Positions 11,780 to 26,800 of a DNA stretch of 64,000 nt are shown in pieces. Each line of letters starts with the position of its first letter. Within the stretch, counting starts at the first letter, position 1. The stretch covers positions 409,543 to 473,542 of the forward strand of contig JAWQFM010000016.1 in assembly GCA_033442325.1 (NCBI GenBank), read 5' to 3'. The notes under the pieces are model-generated. The model worked only from the letters and a program-made list of their open reading frames with translations. It was not told the origin of the DNA and made no database searches. Both the position numbers and the translations under genes were made by a program. This DNA comes from Salpingoeca rosetta (lineage: Eukaryota; Protista; Choanoflagellata).

Positions 11780-14457
11780 ATGGTGGTGGAAGCACGGCGA
11801 CGTCGGCGCGAGGATGACGATGATGATGACGATAATGATTGTGGCGGGCAGACTGAACAACAGCAGGTGGTAGAAGGTGAGGAGGAGCATGAAGGTGGGG
11901 AAGACGAGGAAGACGATGAAGATGAAGAAAAAGGTGGCACATTGCAGGAAGACGAGGAGGACACGGAGGCGATGCCTGCGGTGGACACTGCCGATGACGG
12001 TGATGGTGGCGCTGCTGCTGCTGCTGCTGAAGAAGAAGAAGAAGCAGAAGAAGAAGAAGGTGTGCAGGGGCGAAAGCACCACCGGTTGACGCAGCGGGGT
12101 CGTGGGCCAGAGAACGTTGAAGTCGTTGGAGACTTTGCCACCTTGAAGAAGAGAACGCGCGATATGCTTCGCACAGGACACAAGGCCAGCCCTCTTCTTC
12201 GCCCCATCTTCAGCCAAGACAACGCCGCCTTTGACGGTCTGTCTGCATGTGTGTGTGTGTGGGGGGGGTGCGTTGTACGTGTATGTACGTTTGTGTGTGG
12301 GTGTGGGTGTGGGTGTGGGTGTGGGTGTGGGTGTGGGTGAGTGGGTGTGGGTGAGTGGGTGTGGGTGAGTGGGTGTGGGTGTGGGTGAGTGGGTGTGGGT
12401 GAGTGGGTGTGGGTGTGGGTGAGTGGGTGTGCGTTGTGCGTGTATGCACGTTTGTATCTCTGTCTCCTTTGTCGCTTCCCTTGCGTTTGTATGTGGTCGG
12501 CCAACTCAACCCACCCCCACCCCCGCTCCGCCTTCCCTTCCCTCCCCTCACATACACCCTTCCACAGAATCACCGCGCGGGGACTCGTTTCGGGAGAGCG
12601 TTTGCTTGTTTCTGATGCAGCTGATTGAGGACCCTGGGCTGCACGCGACGCTGTGCTCGGACCTGCTGGACGTGCTGATGGTGGGCGTGGACTCGCTCAG
12701 CGGCGACGGGTTGGTGGCCGTGTGCACGCAAATCCTGCGCGCCGTCAAGGCAGCCAACGGGAACGAAATCACCCAAAACTCGACCACGGCGACGCCCATG
12801 TCCCCCAACAACAAGCCGTCGCCGTCCAAGCGCAGGGGCACGCAGCCGCGCACGGGCACGGGCAAGGTGTTTGAGCTCATGCCCAAGGCGCTGTCTCGCC
12901 TGGAGACGCTGGACGCCATCACGGGCGAGCTGGACACGGGCAACGCGTTCAAGTCGTTCTTCCTGAACCGGCTGTGCAACATGCCGTGGCCACCGCAGCA
13001 CGTGCTGCCGATTGCCGACGCCTTCAAGACGGTCAACTTTGACGCGGACCAGTTCAAGTTTGCCGCTGCCAAGCTGGTGCGGTCGCTGCACGATGTGGCC
13101 ACGGAGGAGGTGCCACCGCTCGTGTACCAGCTCCTGTTGCTCTCTGCCAAGGGCCAGCGCGCCGTCATTCTGCAGGGGGTGCTTGCGTTTTGTGCGGCGC
13201 AGTCGTCAGCGGCGGTGCAGGCGCCGACGGCTGCGCTTCGCCACGCCCTCACTCAGGCCCAAGGCACCGTCCTCATGCACATCTCCTTTGCCGTCAAGCA
13301 GGACCAGGTGTGTGTGTGTGTGTTGTGTGTGTGTGTGTGTGCTTGCGTGTGTGCGTGTGTGTTTGAAGAAGGAGAATGCAACACGCGTGGTTGGATGTGT
13401 TTGCTTGGTTGGTCGCTCATCTCCGCCGCCCTCCCATTCGCCGTGTTGTGATAACCGACTACATGCCGTGTCAGGACCTTGGACGAGAGCTGTTGAAACT
13501 GATCAAGGCGGAGGCAAGCGTGTCACCGTTTACTGTTGCCGCTGCCCTCTGTCTTCTCACCGTTCCCCGGTTTGAACAGACCGTGCAGTCCGTATTCATG
13601 GTGAGCCATTGCCCCGTGTCTTGTGTCATGCGTGCGTGTGTGCGTGTGTGTGTGTGTGTGTGTTTGAGTGTGTGTGTGTGTGTGTTTGAGTGTATCTCAA
13701 CATCATTTTGCCATGACGCTCGCCCACACATGCACACACACCCATGCACACTCGTGCTCCACGCACGGCCATCACCGCCGAATTCACCACTGCCCAGAAC
13801 ATGACCACGAAGCACGCTGCGACGCAGGACCGCCTGTGTCGTGCCGTCTGGCTCGCGCCATTCTGCAAGCAGAGCCTTGATCCACTCCGCACTTTCAAGG
13901 TGGCGCTGTGTGTGTGTGTGTGTGTGAGTGTGTGTGAGTGTGTGTTTTTGTGATTGAGTGTGTGTGTGTGTGTGTAAACATCTCGTCTTTCGGTTTGTGC
14001 ATATGTTTGCACTTGCAGTTGCTGCTGCTGCTACTGCTGCGAATCTCTTTCCTTGCTTAGATGCAGCGATTCTTTGTGGCTCATCACTCCCCCCCCCCCA
14101 CACACACGTTGTACATGTGTGTCGCAATTGGCATCACCAAACCAGACTGTGGTCAACGGGACCGCCAACGGCTGGGACTACATCACCGCCCCGCTGCTGC
14201 GCCTCTGCTTCTACTTCCTCGACTCTGTCAAGAGCGCGTCAGTTGTGTGTGTGTGTGGGGGGGGGGGTGTTTGTGTGTGGGTGTGGGTGTGGGTGTGGGT
14301 GTGGGTGTGGGTGTGGGTGTGGGTGGGTGTGTGGGTGTGTGTGTGGGTGTGAATGGGGGATGTCGACGTACTCCACTCATTTTCGTTGTCGTGGCAAGGT
14401 CTCCCATCACCACTCATCCTGTCACACGCAACCCAATTGTGCTTTTTCACACACTCA

Positions 14458-14528
<71 letters not shown>

Positions 14529-15236
14529 TCCCTCTTCAACTCAAACACGCAAAACACGTTTGCATAAGCAGGGGTGTGAGTGTGGGTGTGAGCAGCGCTG
14601 TTGCCTCCACGGCACAAGCCGCTGTCACGGCCACAGCCACGACTGTGTCGGCAGCAGCTGCATCAACATCAACAGCCATGCCTGCGTCCCTGCTGTCTTC
14701 AAAGGGGAGAGTGGGCGACCAGTTGCGTGCAGATATTGCGTCAGCTGTCATTTCAAAGGCGTTTGGAATGCATTCGTCCGCGCGATCGTATGTGATTGAC
14801 GAAATGATTTCCCGCATCATCACGCGTTCCTCCCCAAACATCAACGGCTACCTCGCCCTCTTCTCCAGGTCCTTGGTTTGCATAACTGTGTGTGTTGATG
14901 AGCTGTGTGTATCTGTGTTAATGTGTGTGCATATGAACTCTGTGTGCGTTTATGTGTTTGTGTCTGTGTGCGTTCACTCTGCTCGTGTGCGTGCATCTAC
15001 TTCCACCGTGGTTCTCACCCACTTTCCCTCGTCCTTCCTCGTCCACCCCTACCCCCTTCTCTTGACAACTGCACTATCAGGCTCATTCGTGCGCACGTGC
15101 ACGATTTCGGCGATTTCACGGAAAAGCTGCGGGATGTGCTCGACTATCTCGTGTTTCTTCCCTCGGACCAGAGCACAGCCATTCTGCAGGTTTGTGGATG
15201 CGTGTGTGTGTGTGTGTGTTGTATATGTGTGTATGC

Positions 15237-15273
<37 letters not shown>

Positions 15274-17928
15274 GTCAGGTGTATTGGTTGTGGAGACACG
15301 TGTGCGATCCCCACAAAGCAACATCAATCGCGCTTATTCCTCGAGCACACTCCAACTCTCACCACACACAACACACACACAACACACACAACACACACAC
15401 ACAACACACACACGCATACACACATACGCATACACCTGACCAAACACACACACGCGCACACACACACATGACACGCCACTCATGCGCACCAACCAAACTA
15501 TCACCACCCCTCAACACCTCACCACTCACTCACCCTCCCCCCGTGTGCTTACTTTACTGCTCAGGCGCTGCTACCGCTTGTGACGACGACGGAGCGGCTG
15601 AAGGAGGCGTGTATCTTGGTGCTGCGCAAAGCGCTCTTCAACCGCTGCATCGACGCCCGCATGACAGCCGTCCGCGGATTCCTCCTCCTGCTCCAATCGT
15701 TCCACGTCTGTTTGTTTTGATTGTTGAGTGAGCTTGTTTGGTTTGTTTGTTGGTTTGTTTGTTTGTTTGTGTGTTTGTTTGTTTGTTTGTTTGTTTGTTT
15801 GTTTGTGTGTTGTACTTTGTTGTGGACGTGCGCGTCCTATGGCTCGTTTTCAACCAGTTTACTGACCAGTGTCGCTGATGCTCTTGTTGCAACCCTCGGC
15901 ATCCTCTCAGGATCCCATTCTGTGCACAGAGGTGAGCATCGCTCGGAGGTGATGGCGCTGCTTGTTGCACCATCAACAGAACCAATGCCAACAGCACCAA
16001 TCATAGCCTGTCATCATCACCGCAACGAACTATGCCACACTGCACGACTCACAATCTGGCTCTGCATCTAACCAAACACGTGCGAACACACGAATGCAAC
16101 AACTGATTTCCGTGTGGACATTTGTTCCCCTTCAGATTACCACATCGCTGCGCCGCTGCTTCTCGCAGCAGCTCGCTGTTCGCCAGCTTCTCTACCAGGT
16201 GCAGGTTGCTGCCATGTGTATGTGTGCGTGTGTGAGTTTTTGTGTGTGTGTGACTTTGTGGAAGAGTTTGTGTGTGTGTGTGTGTGTGTGTGTGCATTGT
16301 CGTCCTCCACCCTCCTCCTCCTCCGCCCCCAACACACACACACACACATCACATCACACACCTCTTGCTTCTCTGCTCAGGTGAGCGCCGCCACTGCGTG
16401 CGCATCGCCCTCCACCGCCCCCGCCATCGCCGACCTCCTCGACAACCAGGTTGCACGCCGCTGTGCCTCAGTGCATGGTGTTGGTTGTATTGGCATCACC
16501 ATTTCATCCGTTGTCCCTGTACATTCTGGCCTGTGCTCGTGATTTACCCCTTGTCCTTGCGCTCGCGGCGCCACCCTCCTTCTCACACAACCCCCTTTTC
16601 TCACACTTCTTTCCCCGCCAAACCCGGCAACAACGCAACACAAAAACATACGTCTCCAGCGTGTTCGTCTGCTGCGTCAGACGGACGGCGAGTCCGGTCC
16701 CCCGTTTATCATGGCGTCCATTGTCAACGACAAGGCAGACGCGGTGCGCAATACGTGTTTTGTGTGTGTGTGTGTGCGTGTGGTGTTTGTGTGTTTGTGT
16801 GTTTGTGTGTTTGTGTGTTCGGTGTTGTGTGTGGTGTGGTGTAGTGTGTGTGTGTGTGTGTATGCTCGTGTATGCGTGCGTGCGTGCGTGTGTGTGCGTG
16901 TGTGTCGTTTCATTTCGTTTCGTTCGTGCGCCGCGAATGGACATGTTCGCCTCTTTCCCCTCCCCTCCTCATCTTCCTCTTCCTCTTTAACGGCACAGAA
17001 TCACCAAACGGACTCCATTGGCGGTCTCATCAACGCGCTACATACCCTCTCCACCATCAAAGGTGTGCCTCCGTGACATGTGCAGCGCACAACAACTCTC
17101 CACAGTGGTGTTTGCACGCTGATTCATCTCAACCCCTACAGACACTACCAAACAAACACGCACGCACAACGCACATTCACATCCTAACAAACACGCACAC
17201 ACACGCACACATGCGTACTTGTGCGTGCTCTGCAGAGGTGTCGGAGACACACCTGTCGTCGTTCCTGTCGCAGTTTGTGGCGAAGATGCTGAAGAGCGAT
17301 CTGGAGGACTTTGAAATCGACAAAGCCGCAGATTTTAGCGACGCCAGGTGACTCGTTCGAGCACTGCACTATGGTGTCAAATCATTCATTCAAGCTGCAA
17401 CGCAGCTCGTGTTTGCAAAGTTGTTGATGACACCAACATTGTGTTGAACCTCACGTTGCCCCCCTCCCCCGCACGCCCTTTCTTTCTCTCGTTTCCCGCC
17501 ATCATCATCGTTAATGTCATCTTCGCAAACACGATCTCCTCCTTCCCTCCTTTCTATCTCTCCCACTAGCAGTGGTCCCAGTGCACGGAACACGGCTGCC
17601 GCGCATGCGCTGATTGAGTGTTATGACGCGTGCATCAACATTGTCGTTCAGAACGAGTTTACGCTCGAGCGCTGCCAGCACATTGTCACCCTCCTCAGAA
17701 AGCGACAGGTGCTTGCGGAGCAGTGGTGGTGGTGGTGGTGGTGGTGGTGGTGTGGTGGTGGTGGTGGTGCTTGCGCTGCGGTTTGCCCTTGCTCCGTTTG
17801 ACACACTTCTGTTTTATTAACGCAACAGCTGTCTCAGAACGCAAAGCCGTCTTTTTCTCGTGGGTATTCGCCCCTGACACACACGCACAACACACACGCA
17901 CAACACACGCGCACACACACACATGCAC

Positions 17929-17997
<69 letters not shown>

Positions 17998-18920
17998 GCA
18001 GACGGTGTGTGATTTGCTGAAGGAAGGCAACCGCAAGCGAAAGGCGACAGACCGCTGCCTTATCTCCATGCAGACGCTCTCTCGTGTCTTCTCGTTTATC
18101 CTCATCAACACAGACCCAGACGACGCGGTAGGACGACCCATATTCTTGTGTTTGCGTGCATGTGTGTGTAAATGTCCGCGTGTGTTTATACGTGCGTGTG
18201 TGTGTCTGTCTGTGTGTGAGTCCATGTGCAGTTGAATGTATCTGGACGAACAAGCTCAAATCCTTGTTTGATCTTGTGTTCACGCTGCCTCCGTCACCAT
18301 TACCGCCCGCTTGCCCTCGTCCAGGCGCCGCAAGCAATCCTGACAAGCAAAGTCTTCCCCATGCAGTTCTTCCTTTACGCATCTGCACATCTTTTGTCAC
18401 AGGTTTGGACACACATAATGCACTTACACACATGTCATGAACTGCACACACACATATTCACACATACACTCGTTCGCCCATTGTTGCATGGTTTGTCGTG
18501 GCCTGACTCTGCGGTTTGCATGTCACGTTCCATTCATTTTTCCATGTGTACCCTGTCATTGCGCGAATGCCAGAATGCAAAGAGTGCAGACGCCGTGCAG
18601 ATTGTTAGCATGCTGCTGCGAGAGGTGTGCTATCATGTTACCGCAGATGTGTGCGTGTATGTGTGTGTGTGTGGTGCTCTGCTTGTAGCGAAGCATGTTG
18701 TGCGTCATATCCCGTTTTATCCCCAACGAACGCACGCACAGCCCGCCTACTCATACTCAAACATTCACATCCACGCACACACACACACACACTCTCTCTC
18801 TCTTCCTCTCAGAGCGCGCGCTCGCTCGCGTCATCACCGCTGGCCAAGCTGTATGACGACAAGAAGAACAAGGTGACTATAGCGTGGGGTTCGTGCGTTC
18901 GTATGTCCGCATTCAATGTG

Positions 18921-18964
<44 letters not shown>

Positions 18965-19267
18965 GTGTGTGTGTGTGTGTATGTGCGTGTGTATGTGTGT
19001 GTCTGGAAGGAAGGGACGTTGGTTGCATGCATCTGGATTGACTTGACCACGCATGGTTGTATGCCTTGATTTTATGTTCTGCACACTTGCCTTTCACACA
19101 CACACACACACACACACATACACACACCTTGCCTTGCACGTGTGCAGGAGTATACCAGCTCTTGTGGAGATTTGCTCTCTGATTGTGTCCAAGTATTCAC
19201 AGGGCTCCGTCACGCTTGCCGCCAAGGTCTGTCGCGTCATGTGCACTTCCCGTGTGTGTTCTGACGA

Positions 19268-19349
<82 letters not shown>

Positions 19350-22300
19350 GCACGCACGCACGCACGCACGCATGGTCGCAGGGAAAGGGGTAGGTGTGCA
19401 GTGCAGTTTGTTCTGGACATACTGAGACCTAAAGCCTGTGACCCCTTTGCCTCTCCGTTCTCACGCTTGTTGCTCGTCACACCTCCGCTGTTTTCACCAT
19501 GGCCACCCCACAGCTGCATGCATTTCTCTCAAACCTGTGCGAAACAGGAGACACAATGGAGGACTCTTCCATTGTTAAGGTGCGCTCTGTGTGTGTCTGT
19601 GTGTGTGTGTGCGTGTGTGTATCTGTGTGTGTGTGTGCGTGTGTCTGCCTTCATGCCGAACAACTTGCACTTGGTGGTCTGTTTCAGTGGCTCGTGCTTG
19701 TCTCCCAAGCTTGTGATGTTACACCACTTCATTGCCTGACCTCGTTTCGCCCCCCCCCCCTAACACACACACACTCACTTACACTCACGCGCACGCAAAC
19801 ACAAACATACACACGAAAACACAAAAACACACACATACCCAGGCCGTGTGCCAGCAGCTGCTTGAAGCGGACAACTATGGCGATGTCGCATTCAAGCTGA
19901 CGCTGGATGCACAACAGCACCTGGGGTTCATGCGCCTTGTAAGTTCCTTTCCGATATGCTTTCGTTTCTCTGAGGCTGATTCTGTGTCTCCTTTGCGTCT
20001 GTGTTTGCAGTCGAAGGCGATTGCTTCCATTTCAAATGCCTTTGCAGCACTCACTTTCTCACTTTCTCACTCACACTCATCCACGCGTTGACACACGCGC
20101 ACGCACATGCGTGCATCCATGCGGATACAAACACCAACTCACACCCACACCCACACACACCCACACACACACACACACACATCTCTGATTTAGGATGAGG
20201 CGGAGGATGATGAACAAGCAACGCTGCACTATCACATCGTCTCAAAGCGCGTGTGCGAAACAGCCGTCATCCCCGTCCTCCTCGCAGACGACTGCGATCG
20301 GGTATGCGAACACATCACTTGCACCCGCGCACATGCTCGTGCAACTCACGTGCTCTCCTTTTGTGTGTGTGAGTGTGTGTGTGTGTGTGTGTGTTTTGTT
20401 GTTGTTGTGTTGTTGTGGCTGTGCACGCACATGTGCATCTGGTGCGCATGTCACACATGTGTACACGCCACCTGCATTCCCTGCGTTTTCTCTCGCGGCC
20501 CCCGTTCTCATGCACATTGCACGCCATTGCTTCGCTTCTTCCAGCGGTTGGCAGACATCAACTTTGCCATCGATCAGTACACGTTGCTCCTCAAGTCCAA
20601 CGCAGCGGTGCGTGCGTGTGTGTGTGTGAGTGTGAGTGCGCGCGTGCGTGTGCACATGTGTCTGTGTGTATGTGTGAGTGTGAATGTGTCTGTGCGCGAG
20701 TTGTGTGCGTGCGTGTGTGTTTTGCTTTGTTTGTCAAGTTGCTCGCTTGCCTGCCCTCCACCACCGCTCTCCACGCATCCCCCTGTTCGCTCTTGCTACT
20801 CACGTTCTGCTCTGTTCATCTTCACGCGGTGCAGATGGATGTGAATACGGATGAATCGCAGCCCGAGCTGCCGTGCGAGGATCCCTTGTACGAACGCCTT
20901 CTTCGCATCACAAAGACCATCAGTACGTCAAAGACGCGCGCGCTCTCAACTGCCACGCCATCACCACAATTGGCGCACAACACCAACATTGTCTGGTCGC
21001 TCGTCTCAACACGTTTGACACACGCGCTTGTGGATGAAACCACAAACACTGCAACACACAATTGCACACGCGTTCACACTTACACATCATATCAATGCAC
21101 ACACGCCAGAGGAAATGTTGCGGACCGTGTTTGAAGGCCGCGCAACGTGGCTGCGGTTCTTCAAGGTGCCGATGACGGGGTGGCTTGCTCGCTTGCAACA
21201 ACCCTTGTGTTTTTTGCCATATGTACACTCGCGTCGTGCGGAAGATACGTGTGCCACAACACACGTATATGTACATGCGCACACGCTGACTCACTATCAT
21301 GCGCATGCAACCCATCCTTTGCTTTGGTGCTGAATTCCCCCTCCCCCCGCCTCAGACAACGCGGAATCTATATGACACGCTCTCCAACGCCTGCAGAGCA
21401 GTGCTCCTCTTCTTCCAAACGTACGCCATGCCGCAGCTACTTGCAAAACAGATGGCCTTGAGCGTACTGTGAACCTCTCGTTTCACAACACACACATGCA
21501 CGCACGCACACACACACATACACATACACACATACACGTACACACACGCGCGCACACACACACACACAAATGAGCACGCCATCTCTCCTTCATGCTCACA
21601 CACACTCTCTCCCCTTTCTCATGTGTATTTTCGCAGACACAAAGACACGCGTGTACCAAAGCTCTTCCAGCGTATTGTGCACTTCTGCTCAAAGCACATG
21701 TCACCGGTGAGCGCCCATCCGTGTTGCACTGACACCGTGACAGACGAGCAGACGCGCGCAAACTCGCTCACATGTTGACGCACGTGAAAACACACACACA
21801 CACACAAACCTGGCGTCTGTCCAGTTTGCTCACCTCAACATATCACTCATACTTGTTCACACACGCACATACACACACAATCTCCCCTTCCGTCTGGATT
21901 CCGCAGCAAGTGTACATCACCATCAACTTTGTGAACGAGGAAGAAAAAGAGGAAAAACCGAGAAAGGTGCGGTCGTGCATCTTAGTTGCTCCCGCTTCTC
22001 TCACACACTTGTGTGCTATCGCCGCCCCCATCTCATCCCTGTTCCTCGCGCCCTGTGCTTGGATTTGCATTGTCCCTCTGATTTTCAGCGCAAAGGTCCT
22101 TCTGCTGCGGACAAGCTGATTCCAAACGTCGTCTACGCGCTCGAGATTTACGAGAAATTCGTCATTCGGGTGGGTGCACTGTGACGTGGTGTGTGTGTGT
22201 GTGTGTGTGTGTACATGTGTGTGTGTGTGTGCGTGTGTGCATGTGTGTGTGTGTTTGTTTTTGTGTTACATTTCCTCTCGTTCTACAATCCATGGCCTCC

Positions 22301-23003
22301 AAGCCTCTCCTTTCTCTTTGTCCTACACTCACACACTCACACGCTCACACGCTCACACACTCACGCTCACACGCTCACACACTCACACACTCACATGCGC
22401 GCGCACAATGTCACCACCCATGCGTGCACACACGCACAGATTGAGAAGAAGGCGCATCTGAATCTGCTGAAGCACATGAAGCGCAGCACGGCACGCGACT
22501 TTCGCATTTCAGCACAGACCATGCAAGACATCATCTCCAATGCAACAGCCGATGATGATGAGGATGAGGATGAGGGTGCAGCCGAAGACGACGCTGGCGA
22601 CGAAGGAGAGGAGGAGGAAGACGACGACGACGATGGTGATGATGAGCCTGCAGGCAAAGAAAACACACAACGCGGCAAACGCACGAGCAAAGGCATTGCA
22701 AAGCGCAAACCAACGACAAACCGGGGGCCGGCCTCCAAGGTTGGTCTGCCTGTCTGTCTTGTCTGTCTGTCTGTCTGTCTGTCTGTGTGCCTCACAGTAT
22801 GTCAAGAGTACATGTACTTTGCGAACAAAACATGTCTGCATCAACTCTCAACCTCCTTTCCCTCCCGCCGCCCCTCGCCACGCACACACGCTTACGCTTC
22901 ACGCTCACGTCAATAATATGTACTCATCCTCCTTGTCCCCCCCCCCACCACACACACGCACGCACGCACGCGCACACAGACGGCCAAGCGCAACGCACGT
23001 TGA
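11780..23003 (+). CDS. FANCI: Fanconi anemia group I protein ortholog (many exons)
   Basis: Exon 12568-13307 reads GKVFELMPKAL...LNRLCNMPW...EVPPLVYQLLLLSAKG...GTVLMHISFAVKQD. Later exons give DLGRELLK...SPFTVA (13475-13600), ILVLRKALF...DAR...GFLLLL (15565-15705), SLRRCFSQQLAVRQLLY (16136-16198) and KLIPNVVYALEIYEKF / NLLKHMKRSTARDFRI (~22110-22510). All are collinear with animal FANCI as I recall it. First exon 11780-12236 and last exon 22980-23003 (TAKRNAR*) are inferred from splice signals. Confidence 0.93.
17934..17992 (+). repeat. (CT)n microsatellite forming the polypyrimidine tract of a FANCI intron
   Basis: About 29 CT units directly upstream of the tcgtgcag acceptor. Confidence 0.9.
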
Positions 23004-23507
23004 TGTTCGATGTTCGCTTTTCCTTTCTCTCCCCCCCCCCCCCACCTCTTCTCACATCCCGCTTTGCTTTCGCTCTTCTGTGCGATCGATGACTTGTTCA
23101 ATTGTCAAAGGAAATGCTCAAAGCACACATGCATCCAGGCATCCACACCTTCTCTCTGTCTCACACAAGCAACGCAAGCGCCCCCATGCAGTCTGAAAGC
23201 ACAGCCAATAAACGAACACCTCCCCACAACCACCCGCATGTCCATCCCACGATGGAACAACAACCAAATCACGTTGGTGACTGGGGGTCTGAACACAAGC
23301 GCAAAGCATGACGGAATATCAACGGCTCCAATACACTCTCAAGCACTCTCCTTCCATCGCACACATTTTTCGACTTTCTTTCACGCTGACGCTCACACTC
23401 ACACGACACTCACACTCACAAAACACCCTCTCAAACGCAGCACTGCCTCAGAACACACGACACAAATTAACACACACTCTCTCTCACACACACGACACAG
23501 CCCCATA

Positions 23508-23777
23508 TCAAGGGGCAATGGCCGCTTGTTGTGAAGTGGGATAGAAGGCAAACTTGGTCACGTCCAAGCTGTCTGCTTCAACAGGCTCATCAAAGACGAG
23601 CAAAACCTCCCCTGTTGACGATGAATCACAAAGTGGTCACAGAGATGATGTGAGTCGACTGGCGGGTGGGTGTTGGACCAGTGAAACAGCAAGGCATCAA
23701 CAAACTGCAACGACAACTTAACCATTCTATTGCACGCACCACTGTCTTACTCTAACATTACCACCACTACCACCACC

Positions 23778-23811
<34 letters not shown>

Positions 23812-26800
23812 CTACAACTACAACAACAACGAACCTGTGTCCATGTCAATCTCGTAGCCAAGCAACTTCGGTGCAATGGCGTCTGGAGTAAAGCCATCCA
23901 TGGGTTTGGCATCCTCTGAAGAAACTTCAACAACGTCGTTACCAGCCATGTCGCTAAACGCCCAGAACGGGAACGACACAAACACGCGCGTGACATTGAG
24001 GCCGATGCCCTTCAGCTTCATGGCATTTGCATCCGCAACAGAAATGGCAATCGTCACGACCTCAAGTCGCGTGTTGGGCCACGACAACAAGCTCGTGTGC
24101 AGTCGCTGAGATGCCGTCGCGGCCGTGGCGTTGTTAGAGGCCTGCAGTGACACAAACCATGCCTTGGTGTCGGTGGCATTCATCGTCTCTGAGAACGTCA
24201 GCGACAACAGCGGCTGCGTCAGGTTCATGTTCAGGGTCACGCTGAGCAGGCGAGGGCGCACAGCGTCGCCCACAAATGCTGACGCCTGCACAGCGCTGGT
24301 CCTGGGGATGCTCTCCAAACTGTTGACCGCAGCATCAACCACAAACCCAGCGTTTGCAAAGACATACGTTGTTTCGACACTCGTAAACAGGGACGTGTCG
24401 TCCTTCAAGAGGTTCAGCAGAGTGTTGTTGAGAGCAATGGTAAAGTTGAGGTCAACGGCGTTTGCGGGAGAAGCAACAACGGCAGCAGTCCAGCCGCTGA
24501 GCATAATCACTGCCCCACCACCGTCAGCACGCGAGGTGAGAGAAAGGCCATCAAGCAAAACCAGCGACGGCACGACAGGCTCGTCAAACGAGAAGCGAAG
24601 CGTGCCAGAGGACATGTCAACGTCGAAGCCGAGGAGTTGGGGTGGTGTTGCATCCGCGGTGAAGTTGGCCGCAAAGATGGCGTCTAATGGCGGGTTGGAA
24701 ACAATGGCATTGCCAGCCATGTCCTCGATAAAACCAGACGACAAAGACAGCCCGCTCGTTGCTTTGGAAGAAAACAGGAGCGGACGCAGTTTCAGTGCCG
24801 TCAGATCCTCATAATCAAGTGTCCAGTTCAGCACAAGCCCATTCGTGGTGGACAGCGTGCCCTCTCGAGTTGTGTTGTGACTCGCGTGCTGTGACCAGAA
24901 CAACACGTTGTCAATTGGACGGCTCGTGTTGGCGCGCACGGGCTCCGTGAAGGTGATGCTGAGGGAGCCGGCGTCCATGTCCACCACAAACGACTCAACC
25001 GCCGGCGGCACCGCATCCCCAACAAACGACCGCACCCCAAGCGCTGCGTCCCCGCTCGTCGCCTCGCTCCCAACACCAAACACATCAGCAACAAGCGTCC
25101 CGTCGTGCCACACAAACGCCGTCTCCGCACTCGTCACAAGCGGCTCAAGCACCTTCATCGCATCCACGTCCGCCTTGGTCAGCGCAACATACACCCGCTC
25201 CTGGTCCTCGCTCCAGCTCACATCCCCTCCAACAAGCCGCCGCTCCGCAACAATGCCACTCCCGCCACCAACGGCCCCTGCTGACTCCGCTGCCGACGCC
25301 GCTGCGCTCGCGTTCCCGTACGCCTGCAACACAAGCGCCGTCACATCCACCGTGCTCACATTCACGGCCTCGCTAAACTCAAGCCCAAGCACCTCAGACG
25401 TCATGTTCAGCGTCGCGTTCACCACAACCGGCGCCCGCGTGTCCGCTACATACGCTGCCACCTGCAGCGCTCGGTCCCCGGGCACCCCAATCACGTCGTT
25501 GCCTCGAATGTCGTCAAGCATCGCCGCCCCAACGCTCACATAGCTGTTCCCGCGACGCCGCCCAACCCCGCCAACAAGCGCAAGCCCCAACACGTCCGCC
25601 GCCGCGAGATCAATCACCACCTCAAACCCAACATCGCTCTCCGTGCCGCTCCCGCCATCCTCAAGCAGCGTGTACCCAACAACGCCCCCAACACCAACCA
25701 CCCCGCGCCCGCTCTGCACCGTCACATGCTCAACCTTCAGCGTCCCAGGATCAACAACGTCGTCAAACGACAGCACAAGCTGCCGCGCCTGCATGTCAAG
25801 CACGCACTGCACCACGTTCGTCCGCTCAAGGTCCGCTGCGTGTGCCCGCGCCGCCTGCGCATCCTCCCGCCCAATCCCAAACACTGCGTTCCCCGCCATG
25901 TCCGCCACAAGCTCAGGCCCAAACCACATGAAGCTCGTCCCCGCATCCGCTGCAAGCCCCGCCTGCCGCTTGATCGCCGTCTCGTCGTCCTCGCTCAGCG
26001 ACACCACAACCCAGCTCTGCCCAACCTCAACACCGCTCGCGGCCGCAACATCGCTTGCGCTGCCAACGCTGCTCACGTCGTTGCCGCCCCCGCGCACGCT
26101 GCTCCCCTCGCTCAGCCGGTGCATCTCAACCGTCGTACCAGCACCAGCACCAGCAGCACTCGCGTTCCGCACGCTCTGCAGCACAACCGCGCCAACATCA
26201 AACGTGCTCACGTTCACGGGCTCGTTGAACAGCAGCCGGATCTCAGCCGCCTCAAGGTCAACATCAAACGCTGCAAGCCGCGGCCCAACAACGTCCCCAA
26301 TGTAACCCCGCGCACCAAGAGCGCCCGTCCGCTCAATCCCAACAACCCCGTTCGCCTCAAACGCCGTGTCCACAATCGCGCCAGCGCCCACGCTCAGGTA
26401 CGTCGTGCCCGCGCTGGAGCCAACACGCCGCGCCTTGATCGCACGCATGTCCTCCCCGCTCACGTCAACCACAACCACAAGCACGCCCTCTGCCGTGCTG
26501 GACGGCGCGCTGCTCTCCGTCAGGCAGTACACCTGCTGCGCCGTGGTCTCGTTTGCCGTGGGCTGCAGGCACACCTGCGTGGTGTCGAGCGACGCCGGGT
26601 CCACAATCTCGCTGAAGGAGAGGATGAGCGACGCCGCGCTGACGTCCAGCACAAACGACTCCAGCACCGGCGCAACCTCGTCACGCAGCAGCTGCTGCAC
26701 GACAAAGCCTGGGAAGGACAGCCCTGTTCCCACAACCGGGTTGTCGTTCATGTCAAGGATGGCACCGTCGCCAAAGTAGATATAACAGTCTCGCTTGACA

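Noticed and set aside
23818-23834. ORF-track stop of the 4,917-aa ORF as the true C-terminus
   Set aside because: A GT donor at 23834 and a downstream exon at 23611-23508 continue the repeat consensus (EVLLVFDEPV).
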